Source: Candidatus Heimdallarchaeota archaeon (GTDB taxonomy: Archaea; Asgardarchaeota; Heimdallarchaeia; Hodarchaeales; Hodarchaeaceae). From it: DNA of 51,621 bases. This document shows, one piece after another, positions 29,477 through 39,169 of the stretch (positions within the stretch are counted from its first letter, which is position 1; each line of letters opens with the position of its first letter). The DNA lies in contig JBHLSH010000017.1 of NCBI GenBank assembly GCA_048881705.1, forward strand, positions 1 to 51,621, read 5' to 3'. The notes beneath the pieces are model-generated. The model was not told the DNA's origin, did no database searches, and saw only the letters and a program-made list of their open reading frames with translations. Position numbers and translations under genes: made by a program.

Positions 29477-29805
29477 AAAATATCACGTAGTCGTGGATTG
29501 ATGAAATTAGGGCGATTCAATGTTTTCTTGAGGAATATAAGAAATTAGTTTTTCCGGTAAAATTCCGAAAATTGTTGTAAGACCTCTATCAACCATAATA
29601 TTACAGGTACTTTCCAATGAATTCCTTTAAAGCGAGACTAGGTTCCTATTCTAGAATATAAAAGAATTAAGGAAATCATATCCTAATTGGACAAAGTTAA
29701 ATATGCTGTTTATTTTCGACGGAGCCTGCATGTTTACATAGGAAATGCATGCCCAGGATTTCAAAAGACTAGTGCCCAGTAGTTGATTGAAATAGGTGTA
29801 AGGAT

Positions 29806-30384
29806 TTGTCAAATAAGGAAAGTAATAATTTTGTAGTTCGATTGACAAAGTACCCCGTAATCATTAGACTTATAATAATTATATTTCTTCTGATCAATCT
29901 TCCCCTCGCAAGTCTCTTTTGGATTGTACTTTCGGGCTATAAACATTTAAAGAAACGGTATTCTAGCTTCAGCTGGCCGACTGCGGAGGGAACGATCAAA
30001 ATCTCTTATATAGATCAATATCGGGATGACGGGGTCCTAATGTACAAACCGACGATAAATTACTCCTATTTTGTAATGGACTCGGAGTATCATTCAAACA
30101 AAGTCTCATTAAGTCTTATTACTGCCGCTAACTGGAGAAGGTTTGCTACCAAAAAGATTGCCCGATACCCAGTCGGAAAGATAGTAAAAGTTTACTATGA
30201 TCCTACTGATCCCTCTCAGGCGGTTCTTGAACCAGGATTTAAATGGTATACTCCAATCTGGATTATAGGAGGAATTCTTTTTCTTGCTATTCCTATTGCG
30301 TTTGTTGCACAATCATTCGTCTGGTTCTTCATTTGGATATTCATCCGTGCATGGCTCCCGTGGCTAGTCTACTCAATAATCTAA
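29806..30384 (+). CDS. DUF3592 family membrane protein
   Basis: WPTAEGTI, P.INYSY.V....Y, G..VKVYYDP.DP.QAVLEPG flanked by TMs. Confidence 0.8.
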   Translation: MSNKESNNFVVRLTKYPVIIRLIIIIFLLINLPLASLFWIVLSGYKHLKKRYSSFSWPTAEGTIKISYIDQYRDDGVLMYKPTINYSYFVMDSEYHSNKVSLSLITAANWRRFATKKIARYPVGKIVKVYYDPTDPSQAVLEPGFKWYTPIWIIGGILFLAIPIAFVAQSFVWFFIWIFIRAWLPWLVYSII

Positions 30385-30669
30385 TTAATCGTTTCTCTTT
30401 TTGCCATGTCTACTTCAGGATAAGTTATTAAGATAATACCCCTTCATCAATCCATTATTCACCTGAGACGACGTGAAATATACGATAGTAGTATTAAACG
30501 GTTGATTCAGTATAGAGTAGGAAAAAATGACTTTTAATCTTCCTGAAAAACCAGGAAACATTTTTCCGAATTTTCGCTTGCGTACGCCGCTGCCGAAATG
30601 TATATATACTGTCCGCAAATTGCGAAATTGACGCAATTAAGATATTAAAAAAGGTTACAAGCAACAATT

Positions 30670-31647
30670 ATGCAAAATACAATTAGCAAGGAGAATGAAC
30701 AACAAATGAGTAAATCGGAAAATGAGACCATTTTGGAAGTTTCCAACTTAACCAAAGTCTACGGTCGTGAGATAAATCTGGGAAGCCGTAGGTTGGCTGG
30801 CCAAAAGGTTTTAGGTGCCCGAGCTGTTAGTTTCACTGTGAAAAAAGGGGAAATCTTCGGATTTCTAGGACCGAATGGTGCCGGGAAGACCACCACGATG
30901 CGAGCAATTTTGGATTACTTAAAAATCCAAAAAGGGGGTACGGTTACCATTTTCGGTCTTGATCATCACCAAGATAGACTGGCAATTCGAAAACACATCG
31001 GATATGTTCCCGGGGATATGGCCTTATTTGAGAATTTTACCGGAGAGGAACTTTTGCAATATTTCAGCAAATTTCGGCCGATAGATCCAGATTTTCTCAA
31101 AGAATTGCGAGCCAACTTCCGAGTGAAACTGAACAAAAAAATCAAATCATTATCGACCGGTAATCGCCAACAGGCTGGCCTATTGGCAGCGATAGCATCC
31201 AAACCTGACCTCTTGATCCTCGACGAGCCAACAAGCGGCCTGGATCCATTGATGACGGCGAATTTTCACAACGTACTCAGGAAACTTCGAGAAGAAGGTT
31301 TTACTATCTTTTTGAGTTCTCATGACCTTGCAGAGGTTCAGGCAGTATGCGATCGAATCGGGATCATCAAGGAGGGGAAAATAATTCTGGTTGAGGCAGT
31401 GGAAGATCTCAGAACCAAATTCCTGCAGAAAGTGACAGTGAAATTCAATGGGGCCTCCATTCCAACTGAAGAAGAGATGATGCGATTAAACACCGTTATT
31501 TCAGTTGAAAAGAAGAAGGATACATTTATCTTGCAAATCAAGGAGGATGTAAACGAACTGATCAAATTCTTTGCCAACTACGATGTAAAACGCTTTACTT
31601 GCGAGGATGCTTCATTGGAAGAGATTTTCCTCCAATATTATGAATAG
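30670..31647 (+). CDS. ABC transporter ATP-binding subunit
   Basis: GPNGAGKT, LSTGNRQQ, LDEPTSGLDP, SSHD, C-terminal SLEEIFL. The true start may be a downstream Met. Confidence 0.95.
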   Translation: MQNTISKENEQQMSKSENETILEVSNLTKVYGREINLGSRRLAGQKVLGARAVSFTVKKGEIFGFLGPNGAGKTTTMRAILDYLKIQKGGTVTIFGLDHHQDRLAIRKHIGYVPGDMALFENFTGEELLQYFSKFRPIDPDFLKELRANFRVKLNKKIKSLSTGNRQQAGLLAAIASKPDLLILDEPTSGLDPLMTANFHNVLRKLREEGFTIFLSSHDLAEVQAVCDRIGIIKEGKIILVEAVEDLRTKFLQKVTVKFNGASIPTEEEMMRLNTVISVEKKKDTFILQIKEDVNELIKFFANYDVKRFTCEDASLEEIFLQYYE

Positions 31648-31657
31648 GTGATCAAAA

Positions 31658-32527
31658 ATGGTGTACGTATATTTGAAGAATCTACGAAAATCTTGGATTA
31701 CGGGGATGGTCCCCCCACTCATTGTCACAGGATTTGTTGGGGTAATTGCCTTTGGATTTCCCTCCATGATCGATATTATCCTTGACCGGATAAGCACCTT
31801 GAATCAACCAATCATGAAGGCAATAATTGGCGATCTAGGTCTGGAACAGCTTGGGTTCACATGGCAGGCAACGTTGTTTATGTATGCTGGGGGGACTTTG
31901 AACTTGGTTGTCCTATTCGTGGCCATTCTCGTACCTGCCAGATTGTTATCTGCCGAAGTTGACAAAAAAACGCTCGACATTATGCTAAGCTATCCCATTC
32001 CGAGATGGAGGTATCTGTTGGAAAAATACGGCGTATTTCTGACGTACAGTCTCCTGATTCCTCTTTCAATCATCGGCATGATGTTCGGATCTACCGTGGT
32101 TATGAGTACGATCTTTCCCGATGGATTCTCTTTCACCAATCCAAATACCCAGGTGACAGATACGCAACTATATGAAATTGACCCGAATCTAGTCATCAAC
32201 TACGCCATTGGAACCTTCTTAGTCCTTTTTGCCTTGGGATCGATATCGTTACTGGTATCGACGATATTTTTGGAGTCAAACAGAAGCCTTAGTGTAGCTG
32301 GACTAGTCATTGGAGGGCAATATTTCTTAGATAGTATAGGTGGACTATTGGATCCCAACGGAAGCATCGGAATTCGATTCTTTTCCCTTTTCCACTACTT
32401 TAAAGTGGATGCACTTCTAGAAAGTGGATCTCTTCCGATGACAGACCTGGTTGTTGTCATCGGAGTCGGCATCGCTGGACTGGCAAGTGCGCTTCTGGTA
32501 TTCCAAAAGAGAGAATTCGCAATATAG
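31658..32527 (+). CDS. ABC-2 type permease
   Basis: EVDKKTLDIMLSYPIPRW...LEK; six TMs; GGTGA SD; 10 bp after the ATPase. Confidence 0.88.
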   Translation: MVYVYLKNLRKSWITGMVPPLIVTGFVGVIAFGFPSMIDIILDRISTLNQPIMKAIIGDLGLEQLGFTWQATLFMYAGGTLNLVVLFVAILVPARLLSAEVDKKTLDIMLSYPIPRWRYLLEKYGVFLTYSLLIPLSIIGMMFGSTVVMSTIFPDGFSFTNPNTQVTDTQLYEIDPNLVINYAIGTFLVLFALGSISLLVSTIFLESNRSLSVAGLVIGGQYFLDSIGGLLDPNGSIGIRFFSLFHYFKVDALLESGSLPMTDLVVVIGVGIAGLASALLVFQKREFAI

Positions 32528-32547
32528 GGATAAGTCTCAACCATCCC

Positions 32548-32564
32548 TTCTTCTTTTTTTCTTT
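32548..32564 (+). terminator. Oligo-T terminator candidate
   Basis: TTCTTCTTTTTTTCTTT after the permease stop, between convergent genes. Confidence 0.5.
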
Positions 32565-32621
32565 AGAATTTTGCTCTGAGTCAATTTATATAGCCTTCAC
32601 TACATTACGTTTCAAGTATCT

Positions 32622-33362
32622 TCAGTAAAACCCCTCAATGAACGAACGCACGTTCTTCCCAAGAACATCGTGATTATAGCCTCCCTCGAGAACTGCAAAT
32701 CTGTATTTTGCATGCTCTTTGAGCTTTTTTCCCATTTTATAATAATCATCTGTTGTTAACAAGCCTCCCCAGTCATCAATGTGCCGATCAAAGCCAGCAG
32801 ATACCCCTAGCAGATCGAAATCAGACAATTCAGTTAAAAAAGCCCCAATATTACCGATAAATTCCTCTCGAGTATGGCCTCGTACCCAATAATACTGAAC
32901 TTGGGAACTCTGGTTAAAGGTGTTATCTGTACCGTCTCCAAAGTGGTAATCGAAATCTATCACCACTCCGTGATCGATCTTGTTTGTAGCCAGCATTTTC
33001 CGAATGGCTATGGCCACATTATTGAAATAACAAAACCCCCAATATCCTTCCGGGCTTGCGTGGTGACCAGGGGGACGTATGACAGCAAACATGGGTCTGG
33101 AAGCAAGTGCGGAATCTGCGGCCTTTATGGCTCCACCAACACTCAGAAGTGCAACCGGAAAAACCTTGGGGTTTCTTTTAACTCTTTGAAGATGAACGGG
33201 GGTGTGGACAAGCAAAATATCTTCCTCAGATGCAGGGTCTGGCGATAGTAGCTCGAAATCTTCCATTTCTGCTATTATTGCCTCCATCCGGCCAGGTTCG
33301 GAAGCGGGATCTCCCGAATAGTCCTTACAGAACCTTTCCGAAAAAATGATCTGTTTCTGCAT
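32622..33362 (-). CDS. Histone deacetylase family (AcuC/AphA-like) deacetylase
   Basis: E.PGR, RPPGHHA, GFCYFNN, DFDYHFGDGT, SAGFD, LEGGYN. Confidence 0.92.
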   Translation of the reverse strand: MQKQIIFSERFCKDYSGDPASEPGRMEAIIAEMEDFELLSPDPASEEDILLVHTPVHLQRVKRNPKVFPVALLSVGGAIKAADSALASRPMFAVIRPPGHHASPEGYWGFCYFNNVAIAIRKMLATNKIDHGVVIDFDYHFGDGTDNTFNQSSQVQYYWVRGHTREEFIGNIGAFLTELSDFDLLGVSAGFDRHIDDWGGLLTTDDYYKMGKKLKEHAKYRFAVLEGGYNHDVLGKNVRSFIEGFY

Positions 33363-33508
33363 AATAAATCCGCATTCTCTTTGCTTAATTATTATCTATC
33401 ACTATCCCCGTAACGGCACATAAATCGACACCTGTTTAATATTATAATAATCGAAGGAAAAGTGCCTTCTATTAATCTAGATTCTAAGAGCACAGATCCT
33501 CGTCAAGT

Positions 33509-34057
33509 TTGGAGATTGTCTTGGTGTCATATCCTAATCAAATGGCTGCTCATTTCATAGGAGTGGGGGGCGTTGTTATGCATGATGGCAATGTATTGCT
33601 TGTAAAGTTAACTTACGGGCCAGCCCAAGGGAAATGGTTGATTCCAGGGGGGATGGTTGATCCTGGAGAAACCCTCGGCGAAGCGGTTAAACGCGAGATT
33701 GAAGAAGAAACAGGAATGGATGTCGAACCGGTCGGAATCTTAAGCGTAAGGAGCATGGTACGGACGGGGGATGGATTGACCGATTTATACTGCATCTTTC
33801 TTTGTGAGCTCGTTGATACTCTCGACCGTCCTCCGCACGCAAACGATGGAGTAGAAATAACGGAAGTGGCTTGGTTTCCATTAGACCGTTTAGAAAGTGA
33901 TGATTTGGTGACAGGATACACCAAAAAGATTGTTAAGGCCGCACAAGGCCAATACTTCCTGGTTCCGGGTCGGCAAAGGACCAAAGATGAGTTACGAGCG
34001 GGAAATTTGGAAAAGTACGAGGATTATTGGTTACAAGATCAGATTCGGAAGATCTAA
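33509..34057 (+). CDS. NUDIX hydrolase (NUDT6-like N-terminal strand)
   Basis: Nudix box GGMVDPGETLGEAVKREIEEETG; HFIGVGGVV. Confidence 0.9.
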   Translation: MEIVLVSYPNQMAAHFIGVGGVVMHDGNVLLVKLTYGPAQGKWLIPGGMVDPGETLGEAVKREIEEETGMDVEPVGILSVRSMVRTGDGLTDLYCIFLCELVDTLDRPPHANDGVEITEVAWFPLDRLESDDLVTGYTKKIVKAAQGQYFLVPGRQRTKDELRAGNLEKYEDYWLQDQIRKI

Positions 34058-34071
34058 CAAGAGAAAGGGGC

Positions 34072-35040
34072 CTAACTCCCCATCCTTATGGGTTCTTCTA
34101 CCGAAAGAGTCACTAGTATGATCGAACAAATGAGAGCAAAGCCTCCGACGAGGTACCATGGCGTAATGGGTTCTGATAAAACGATCAAACCGAGAAGGAT
34201 GGCACTGATCGGTTCCCCGAGAAGAAGGATTGATTGCCGAGAGGCTTCGACATTAAATGTGTTACTCAACATGATCAATCCATAGGGAAGAATAGACCCG
34301 AAGAAAGCGAGCCCTAGGCCGAGAACAAGAAAATCTATTGTTAATAAAGTGTCAATGGAAAATGTGCTCAATTCTGGCGGTAAGGGAAGAAAGGAGAGTA
34401 AAATAAGGAGAGGGAGGCTTGTTAAAAAACCCCATACAAGAACCCATGATATCGAGAGAGCAGGAGGTATATTTCGACGTGATTCGCTCGAATAAGCACC
34501 CACAAGAAGGTATAGCGCGTACATCGATCCATTGAAGACCGCCAATAAATCGCCTCCAATTGAGGAAAGAAACGAGTCCCACTCCCAAGGACGGGTTAAA
34601 ACTATAATTCCTATGAATGCCAACCCAAGAGCAAGGAGTTTTGATCTCGTCATCCTTTCTTTCAATAGCAAGGCTCCAAACAACAGGGTAACAAATGGAT
34701 GGACTTGTACAAGGAGAGCAGCCTCCCCGATTGGCGTTTGTAAGGCAATGGCACTAAGATAGGCCACAATACTAAGGGTGAATAGAAAACCTTGGATAAT
34801 ATAGGGAACTTGACGTTGTAGACTGGCAAGAACCATGTCATGATTGCGAACCAGAAAAAACAGAAGGAACCCCCCGCCCCAAATTCCTCCAATAAATAAT
34901 CGTATGAAGGTCTGTTCTACACTGGAGGCTCCTATGTCCCGTAATAGAGCTGAGAATATCGGAATCGACCCAAACATAAACCCAGCTAACACAGCCACGA
35001 AATATCCAGATAACCTGTTCTGTGAAACCATGTAGATCAC
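34072..35040 (-). CDS. EamA/DMT family transporter
   Basis: About 10 TMs in two repeats; LLKERM, LLGEP..A..LG..VL.EP. Confidence 0.88.
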   Translation of the reverse strand: MIYMVSQNRLSGYFVAVLAGFMFGSIPIFSALLRDIGASSVEQTFIRLFIGGIWGGGFLLFFLVRNHDMVLASLQRQVPYIIQGFLFTLSIVAYLSAIALQTPIGEAALLVQVHPFVTLLFGALLLKERMTRSKLLALGLAFIGIIVLTRPWEWDSFLSSIGGDLLAVFNGSMYALYLLVGAYSSESRRNIPPALSISWVLVWGFLTSLPLLILLSFLPLPPELSTFSIDTLLTIDFLVLGLGLAFFGSILPYGLIMLSNTFNVEASRQSILLLGEPISAILLGLIVLSEPITPWYLVGGFALICSIILVTLSVEEPIRMGS

Positions 35041-35055
35041 TGCAATCTATTGTGG

Positions 35056-35538
35056 TTATTCGGTTGTACTTGGAGGTCGCAAAACATGTATCATTTCGTT
35101 ATTCATGGCGGAATAGCCCATTTTTTCATAGACTGGGCGAGCTACTTCTGTAGAATGTAAAGATGTCAAATCAACCTGTTGTTTTTTGAGAAAGTCATGA
35201 ATTTTTTCAAGTAACTTCATAGCGAGCCCTTGGTTTCGCCACTCCTTGCGAGTATACATGTTCATAACATATGCTTCTCTTCCAGTAAGATTCTGTGGAG
35301 AAGGAGGTTTTTGGAGGAAGACCAAACCACTGGATGCAATAATCAGTTTACCTGAAACTGCAACCCAAGAAAGAAATTCTCCCGATGGAATATTCGTGCG
35401 AAAGAATGATTCCAATGATTCCCTGAGTAACTGCTCATTCTTTCTGGATGGAACTACGTTCATTTCGTAAAACAGTAGAACACGAAGCTCTACGAGCTCT
35501 GAAATATCTTCAACGCCTGCTCGCCTAATATCTATCAT
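35056..35538 (-). CDS. GNAT N-acetyltransferase
   Basis: YVMNMYTRKEWRNQGLA, LHST...RPVYEKMGY. Confidence 0.9.
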   Translation of the reverse strand: MIDIRRAGVEDISELVELRVLLFYEMNVVPSRKNEQLLRESLESFFRTNIPSGEFLSWVAVSGKLIIASSGLVFLQKPPSPQNLTGREAYVMNMYTRKEWRNQGLAMKLLEKIHDFLKKQQVDLTSLHSTEVARPVYEKMGYSAMNNEMIHVLRPPSTTE

Positions 35539-35621
35539 AGCTGATCTCTTCTCTGGCGTTCCAACAGCAATTTAGATTACGAAATGTCGGAAATACCAGG
35601 TAAATTCGGATAAAACCTTCT

Positions 35622-37169
35622 TTGGAAATAGGTAAAAAAACTTCAGAATTGCTATCTAACTTACATCTTTTTAATTTCTTATCAGAACTAATTCATAGCA
35701 AAGTGTCGAATCGAAAGAGTGTAATCCAAGAACGAAGTTACCAAAGCCAGATTCTACTGCGACTTTGGGAAAATTATAACCATGATCCCAAACGTCATAC
35801 CATCGCTGAGGTAGATACGGGATTGGGGAAACGTGTCCTGACCTATCTTTTATTAAAGGAAACCCTTCCATCTCAACGTGCTCTCCTGCTACTTCATTCA
35901 ACAACCAGCTTCTCCGAGACGATCCATTACTTTATTGAAGAATATGGAGGTTTTGCTGAAGATGAATTTCATTACATATCTTCTCGAACGCCTGGCTGGT
36001 TACGAAAAAAGATTATAATGAATCGCAAGTCACGGATAATTGCTGCAACTCCACAGACATTTGCAAATGCGTTTGAAAAGATTCCAGATAAAGAAAAACC
36101 AAGTTTTGAAATAATTATCATCAACGAGATAGACAAAATAGTGCGACGTCAGGGAGATTCAAGGCTTTTAATATTTCCTTATAATTCGTTATTACCCCAC
36201 TTTATCAGTAACGGGAGTTGGATATTAGGTATGACAGGAACGATTAGGGACACTCATGTTCTTTATGATCCAGTAAAGGAACAACTTGAAATTCACCATG
36301 AAGCAATTACATTAGATAAACGTATTCCTGATCTATATATCCTACGAATGGAAACTATTCTAGAAGAAACAGATATGGAGGAATACATTCAATACACGGA
36401 TATAGAAATGTATCCCATTCAACCTGATTCTAACCTAAAAGATATTTTAAATCTGATTAATGATGCCATAAAGGGATTACGTGAAGATGCTATTGAAGAA
36501 ACGTTAGAAGAACGACCAGGTTTGCTTGATAGCATCCCCGAAAGACAATTTGCTCGAGTGGCATCCATGCTTGAAGCGAGGGACAGCAAAAAGCTAATGG
36601 GCCTTCTTCTAACTCGGAAGTATTGCACGGCCATGCAACCAGCGAAGTATCGAAAATTCTTGTTCCGTTTGAAACAATTTGGTATTACGAAAAGCCAAAT
36701 AGAGGCACTTCCCCGAATGAGCCAGAAGGTTTTATCGGTTTTAGAATTAATTAAAAAACGACCCAAAAATTCAAAAACGGTGATTCTATGCTCTTATCTA
36801 GATACCGCCCACCTTCTCCAAGAAGAAATCGGGAGAATAGGGATTACTCCGTTTCTTGTTACTGGTGAAACTCCCCGAAAAGAAGCAGTACTTAATGAGT
36901 TTAAGGGGGATTCTAGTAACGCTGTACTGGTTATGACCAGTGTTGGTGAGAGAGATATCGATCTTCCGCAAGCTGATCTCTTAATCGTGTATGATGTTGT
37001 CAATACGGTGAAAACCATGTATCAACGTATGAAACGAACTCGTGGCGGTCGGGTGTTGTGCCTTTACTATCAAGATACCTTTGAAGAACGTAAAGTAGCA
37101 AGGTTACTTAACGAAATCAATCAAAGATATCCATGGTCTTCCAAAATTGACCTTCAAAGCAGACAATAG
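35622..37169 (+). CDS. SF2 helicase-like protein (Hef/FANCM-related) with degenerate motifs
   Basis: ERSYQ, DTGLGKR, ATPQT, NEID, GMTGT, TSVGERDIDLP, QRMKRTRG in SF2 order; no nuclease domain. Confidence 0.75.
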   Translation: MEIGKKTSELLSNLHLFNFLSELIHSKVSNRKSVIQERSYQSQILLRLWENYNHDPKRHTIAEVDTGLGKRVLTYLLLKETLPSQRALLLLHSTTSFSETIHYFIEEYGGFAEDEFHYISSRTPGWLRKKIIMNRKSRIIAATPQTFANAFEKIPDKEKPSFEIIIINEIDKIVRRQGDSRLLIFPYNSLLPHFISNGSWILGMTGTIRDTHVLYDPVKEQLEIHHEAITLDKRIPDLYILRMETILEETDMEEYIQYTDIEMYPIQPDSNLKDILNLINDAIKGLREDAIEETLEERPGLLDSIPERQFARVASMLEARDSKKLMGLLLTRKYCTAMQPAKYRKFLFRLKQFGITKSQIEALPRMSQKVLSVLELIKKRPKNSKTVILCSYLDTAHLLQEEIGRIGITPFLVTGETPRKEAVLNEFKGDSSNAVLVMTSVGERDIDLPQADLLIVYDVVNTVKTMYQRMKRTRGGRVLCLYYQDTFEERKVARLLNEINQRYPWSSKIDLQSRQ

Positions 37170-37225
37170 ATCAGCAAAGATAAGTTATCCTACAGGAGCC
37201 TCAGACACTAATCAAAAGCCTGAAG

Positions 37226-37927
37226 TTAATTAATAAAAAGAGGCAGAACAGCATCGAGTATCAGAAGTGAAATACAAAGTCCAAATACGGCGGTCCAAAT
37301 TCTAGGTTCCCAATCCAATACTTTTGCTCCGTCAAGAACACCTATAGGGAGTAAATTAAACAGGGCAAGGAAGATGTTCAAGCCGACTCCCATACTACCG
37401 ATAATAATAATCATTATCGCTACCTCAGGGGTCGATTCAATCAAAAACCAACCCAATCCCTGCATTAGCATAAAAAAACCAGCTAAAATGATATTTGAGA
37501 TGGGTCCAGCCAATGATACTCGTCCTCTTAGGCCCGTCGAGGCAGTGGCTTCCCCCCACCAAAATACCGCTCCTGTTGCTAGTATAGGAAAACGTATTAT
37601 TATGGAAATAAGAGTCATCATAAGCGCTTCTTTTGCCAACCTATAATACGCTCTGGCGCCGTACCGAATGGCAGTGAATTTATGAGCAAGCTCGTGCGTG
37701 AAAAAACTAAATCCAAATACAAAAAAGAATAGAATAAGCTCATCTGAGATTCTTCCTTCTATTAAGATTGAATCGGCATAATAAATATAGACGATTACGG
37801 CACAGCTGATAATCCATCCAATCCCGAGTTCAGATATCTCGCCTAGAGAGAGGTGAAGTCGATCTAAGATCGATTTTCGGGCATAATTGGCATCTAGCTC
37901 TTCTTGCCAGTCAGGTTTTTTCTCCAT
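37226..37927 (-). CDS. M50 (site-2) membrane zinc metalloprotease
   Basis: HELAH, AGPISN, NLLPIGVLDG. Probable ATG at 37927 (ORF track 38044 overlaps the upstream gene). Confidence 0.88.
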   Translation of the reverse strand: MEKKPDWQEELDANYARKSILDRLHLSLGEISELGIGWIISCAVIVYIYYADSILIEGRISDELILFFFVFGFSFFTHELAHKFTAIRYGARAYYRLAKEALMMTLISIIIRFPILATGAVFWWGEATASTGLRGRVSLAGPISNIILAGFFMLMQGLGWFLIESTPEVAIMIIIIGSMGVGLNIFLALFNLLPIGVLDGAKVLDWEPRIWTAVFGLCISLLILDAVLPLFIN

Positions 37928-37931
37928 TCCT

Positions 37932-38354
37932 TTATTCCTCATTAATACAGATATGGTCGCCTTTAAGATAATGTTTTCCACATAGATACTGCCCACACAG
38001 ATTACAACGGAAGGGTTTATGTACCTGGTTCCCACAACTTCCACAGTATGCTATCTCAGGTATCTCCTCTAGACTTGGATTTGGCCTATTATAGGTCTTT
38101 ACGACTCGAAATTCCGTTAGGTCTGGTTTGGTTTCGTATTCGGCTTGAAATCCTCTAATTCTCTCGGATGCAAACAAAAGATAGCTATAAAAAATCCCAA
38201 CTCCGATTATTGATACTCCTAGAAGAACGTAGAATTCGCCTCTACCAAACTGCGGCAAGAAAAAGGGCCCCAGTATGAATGAGCCGATACCTACAGATAT
38301 TAAGAACCCCAGTCCAGCTAAGAATTTCGTGTGTAGATACATTCGACTACTCAC
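37932..38354 (-). CDS. Two-TM membrane protein with C-terminal AN1-type zinc finger
   Basis: C-x2-C-x9-C-x2-C-x4-C-x2-H-x5-H-x-C matches the AN1 consensus exactly; two N-terminal TMs. Confidence 0.85.
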   Translation of the reverse strand: MSSRMYLHTKFLAGLGFLISVGIGSFILGPFFLPQFGRGEFYVLLGVSIIGVGIFYSYLLFASERIRGFQAEYETKPDLTEFRVVKTYNRPNPSLEEIPEIAYCGSCGNQVHKPFRCNLCGQYLCGKHYLKGDHICINEE

Positions 38355-39018
38355 CCAAATTTATGGGAGGCAGAAGATCCAATAGTTCCGAGAGGGAATC
38401 AACCACCAATACATTTGGAATCACCCTTTCAAAGTCCTCCGCGCGAAACATCCCTTTTCGAGCAATAAAATAGATGTCGTTGGATAAACTTCGCTTCGCA
38501 TCATTTAAACTATCCCCCACAAAGATCAGCTGATCAGGTTTTAGATTATATTGGTTCATGATATATTCAAAATGATCTTTACCTTTTTCAAAACCTGGCC
38601 TCCACCCGAGAATATCGTGTATGAAATGGGACAACCCTTTTAGATCCAAATAGTCCCTAATAATCTCCTCATAGGTACCGCTTGAAATTCCTACACAGTA
38701 GCCACGCGTGTTTAGTTCTTCCAGGACAAAAGGGGTCTCTTGGAAAGGATGCTGCTCGTAAATTCTATCGATTTTCATTTTTTCGAATTTCTCGACAATT
38801 TTTGAGTTTCCACTAGACGAGTTCGGAGAAATTATCTCCATCTGTTGAACAAAGGGAAGTCCGGTTGTTTTCCGATAATGAAAAGCGGCCTGTTCTGCTG
38901 ACATGCCAAGATATTGTGTTAACAGCTGAACAGCGTTATTTTCTAGGAATGGCATCGAATCAATGCAAGTACCATCGAAATCCAGTAAAATATATCTAAA
39001 TGAATTGAAATAGGTCAA
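38347..39018 (-). CDS. HAD-superfamily hydrolase
   Basis: LDFDGTCIDS (motif I), ISSG (II), K (III), VGDSLND (IV). Confidence 0.92.
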   Translation of the reverse strand: MTYFNSFRYILLDFDGTCIDSMPFLENNAVQLLTQYLGMSAEQAAFHYRKTTGLPFVQQMEIISPNSSSGNSKIVEKFEKMKIDRIYEQHPFQETPFVLEELNTRGYCVGISSGTYEEIIRDYLDLKGLSHFIHDILGWRPGFEKGKDHFEYIMNQYNLKPDQLIFVGDSLNDAKRSLSNDIYFIARKGMFRAEDFERVIPNVLVVDSLSELLDLLPPINLGE

Positions 39019-39169
39019 AGAACATTCCCAAGTCTTTGGGTCTTTCCTGATTTAAACAGGATAAATCAATGGGCGTGATTTGTTAATGGTTTTTATGTCC
39101 ATTTATCTAATCATGGCTTGCATTCGTTTGGTGTTTCAGTCATCATTACTCAGGATTCCAGGGGGCAGA

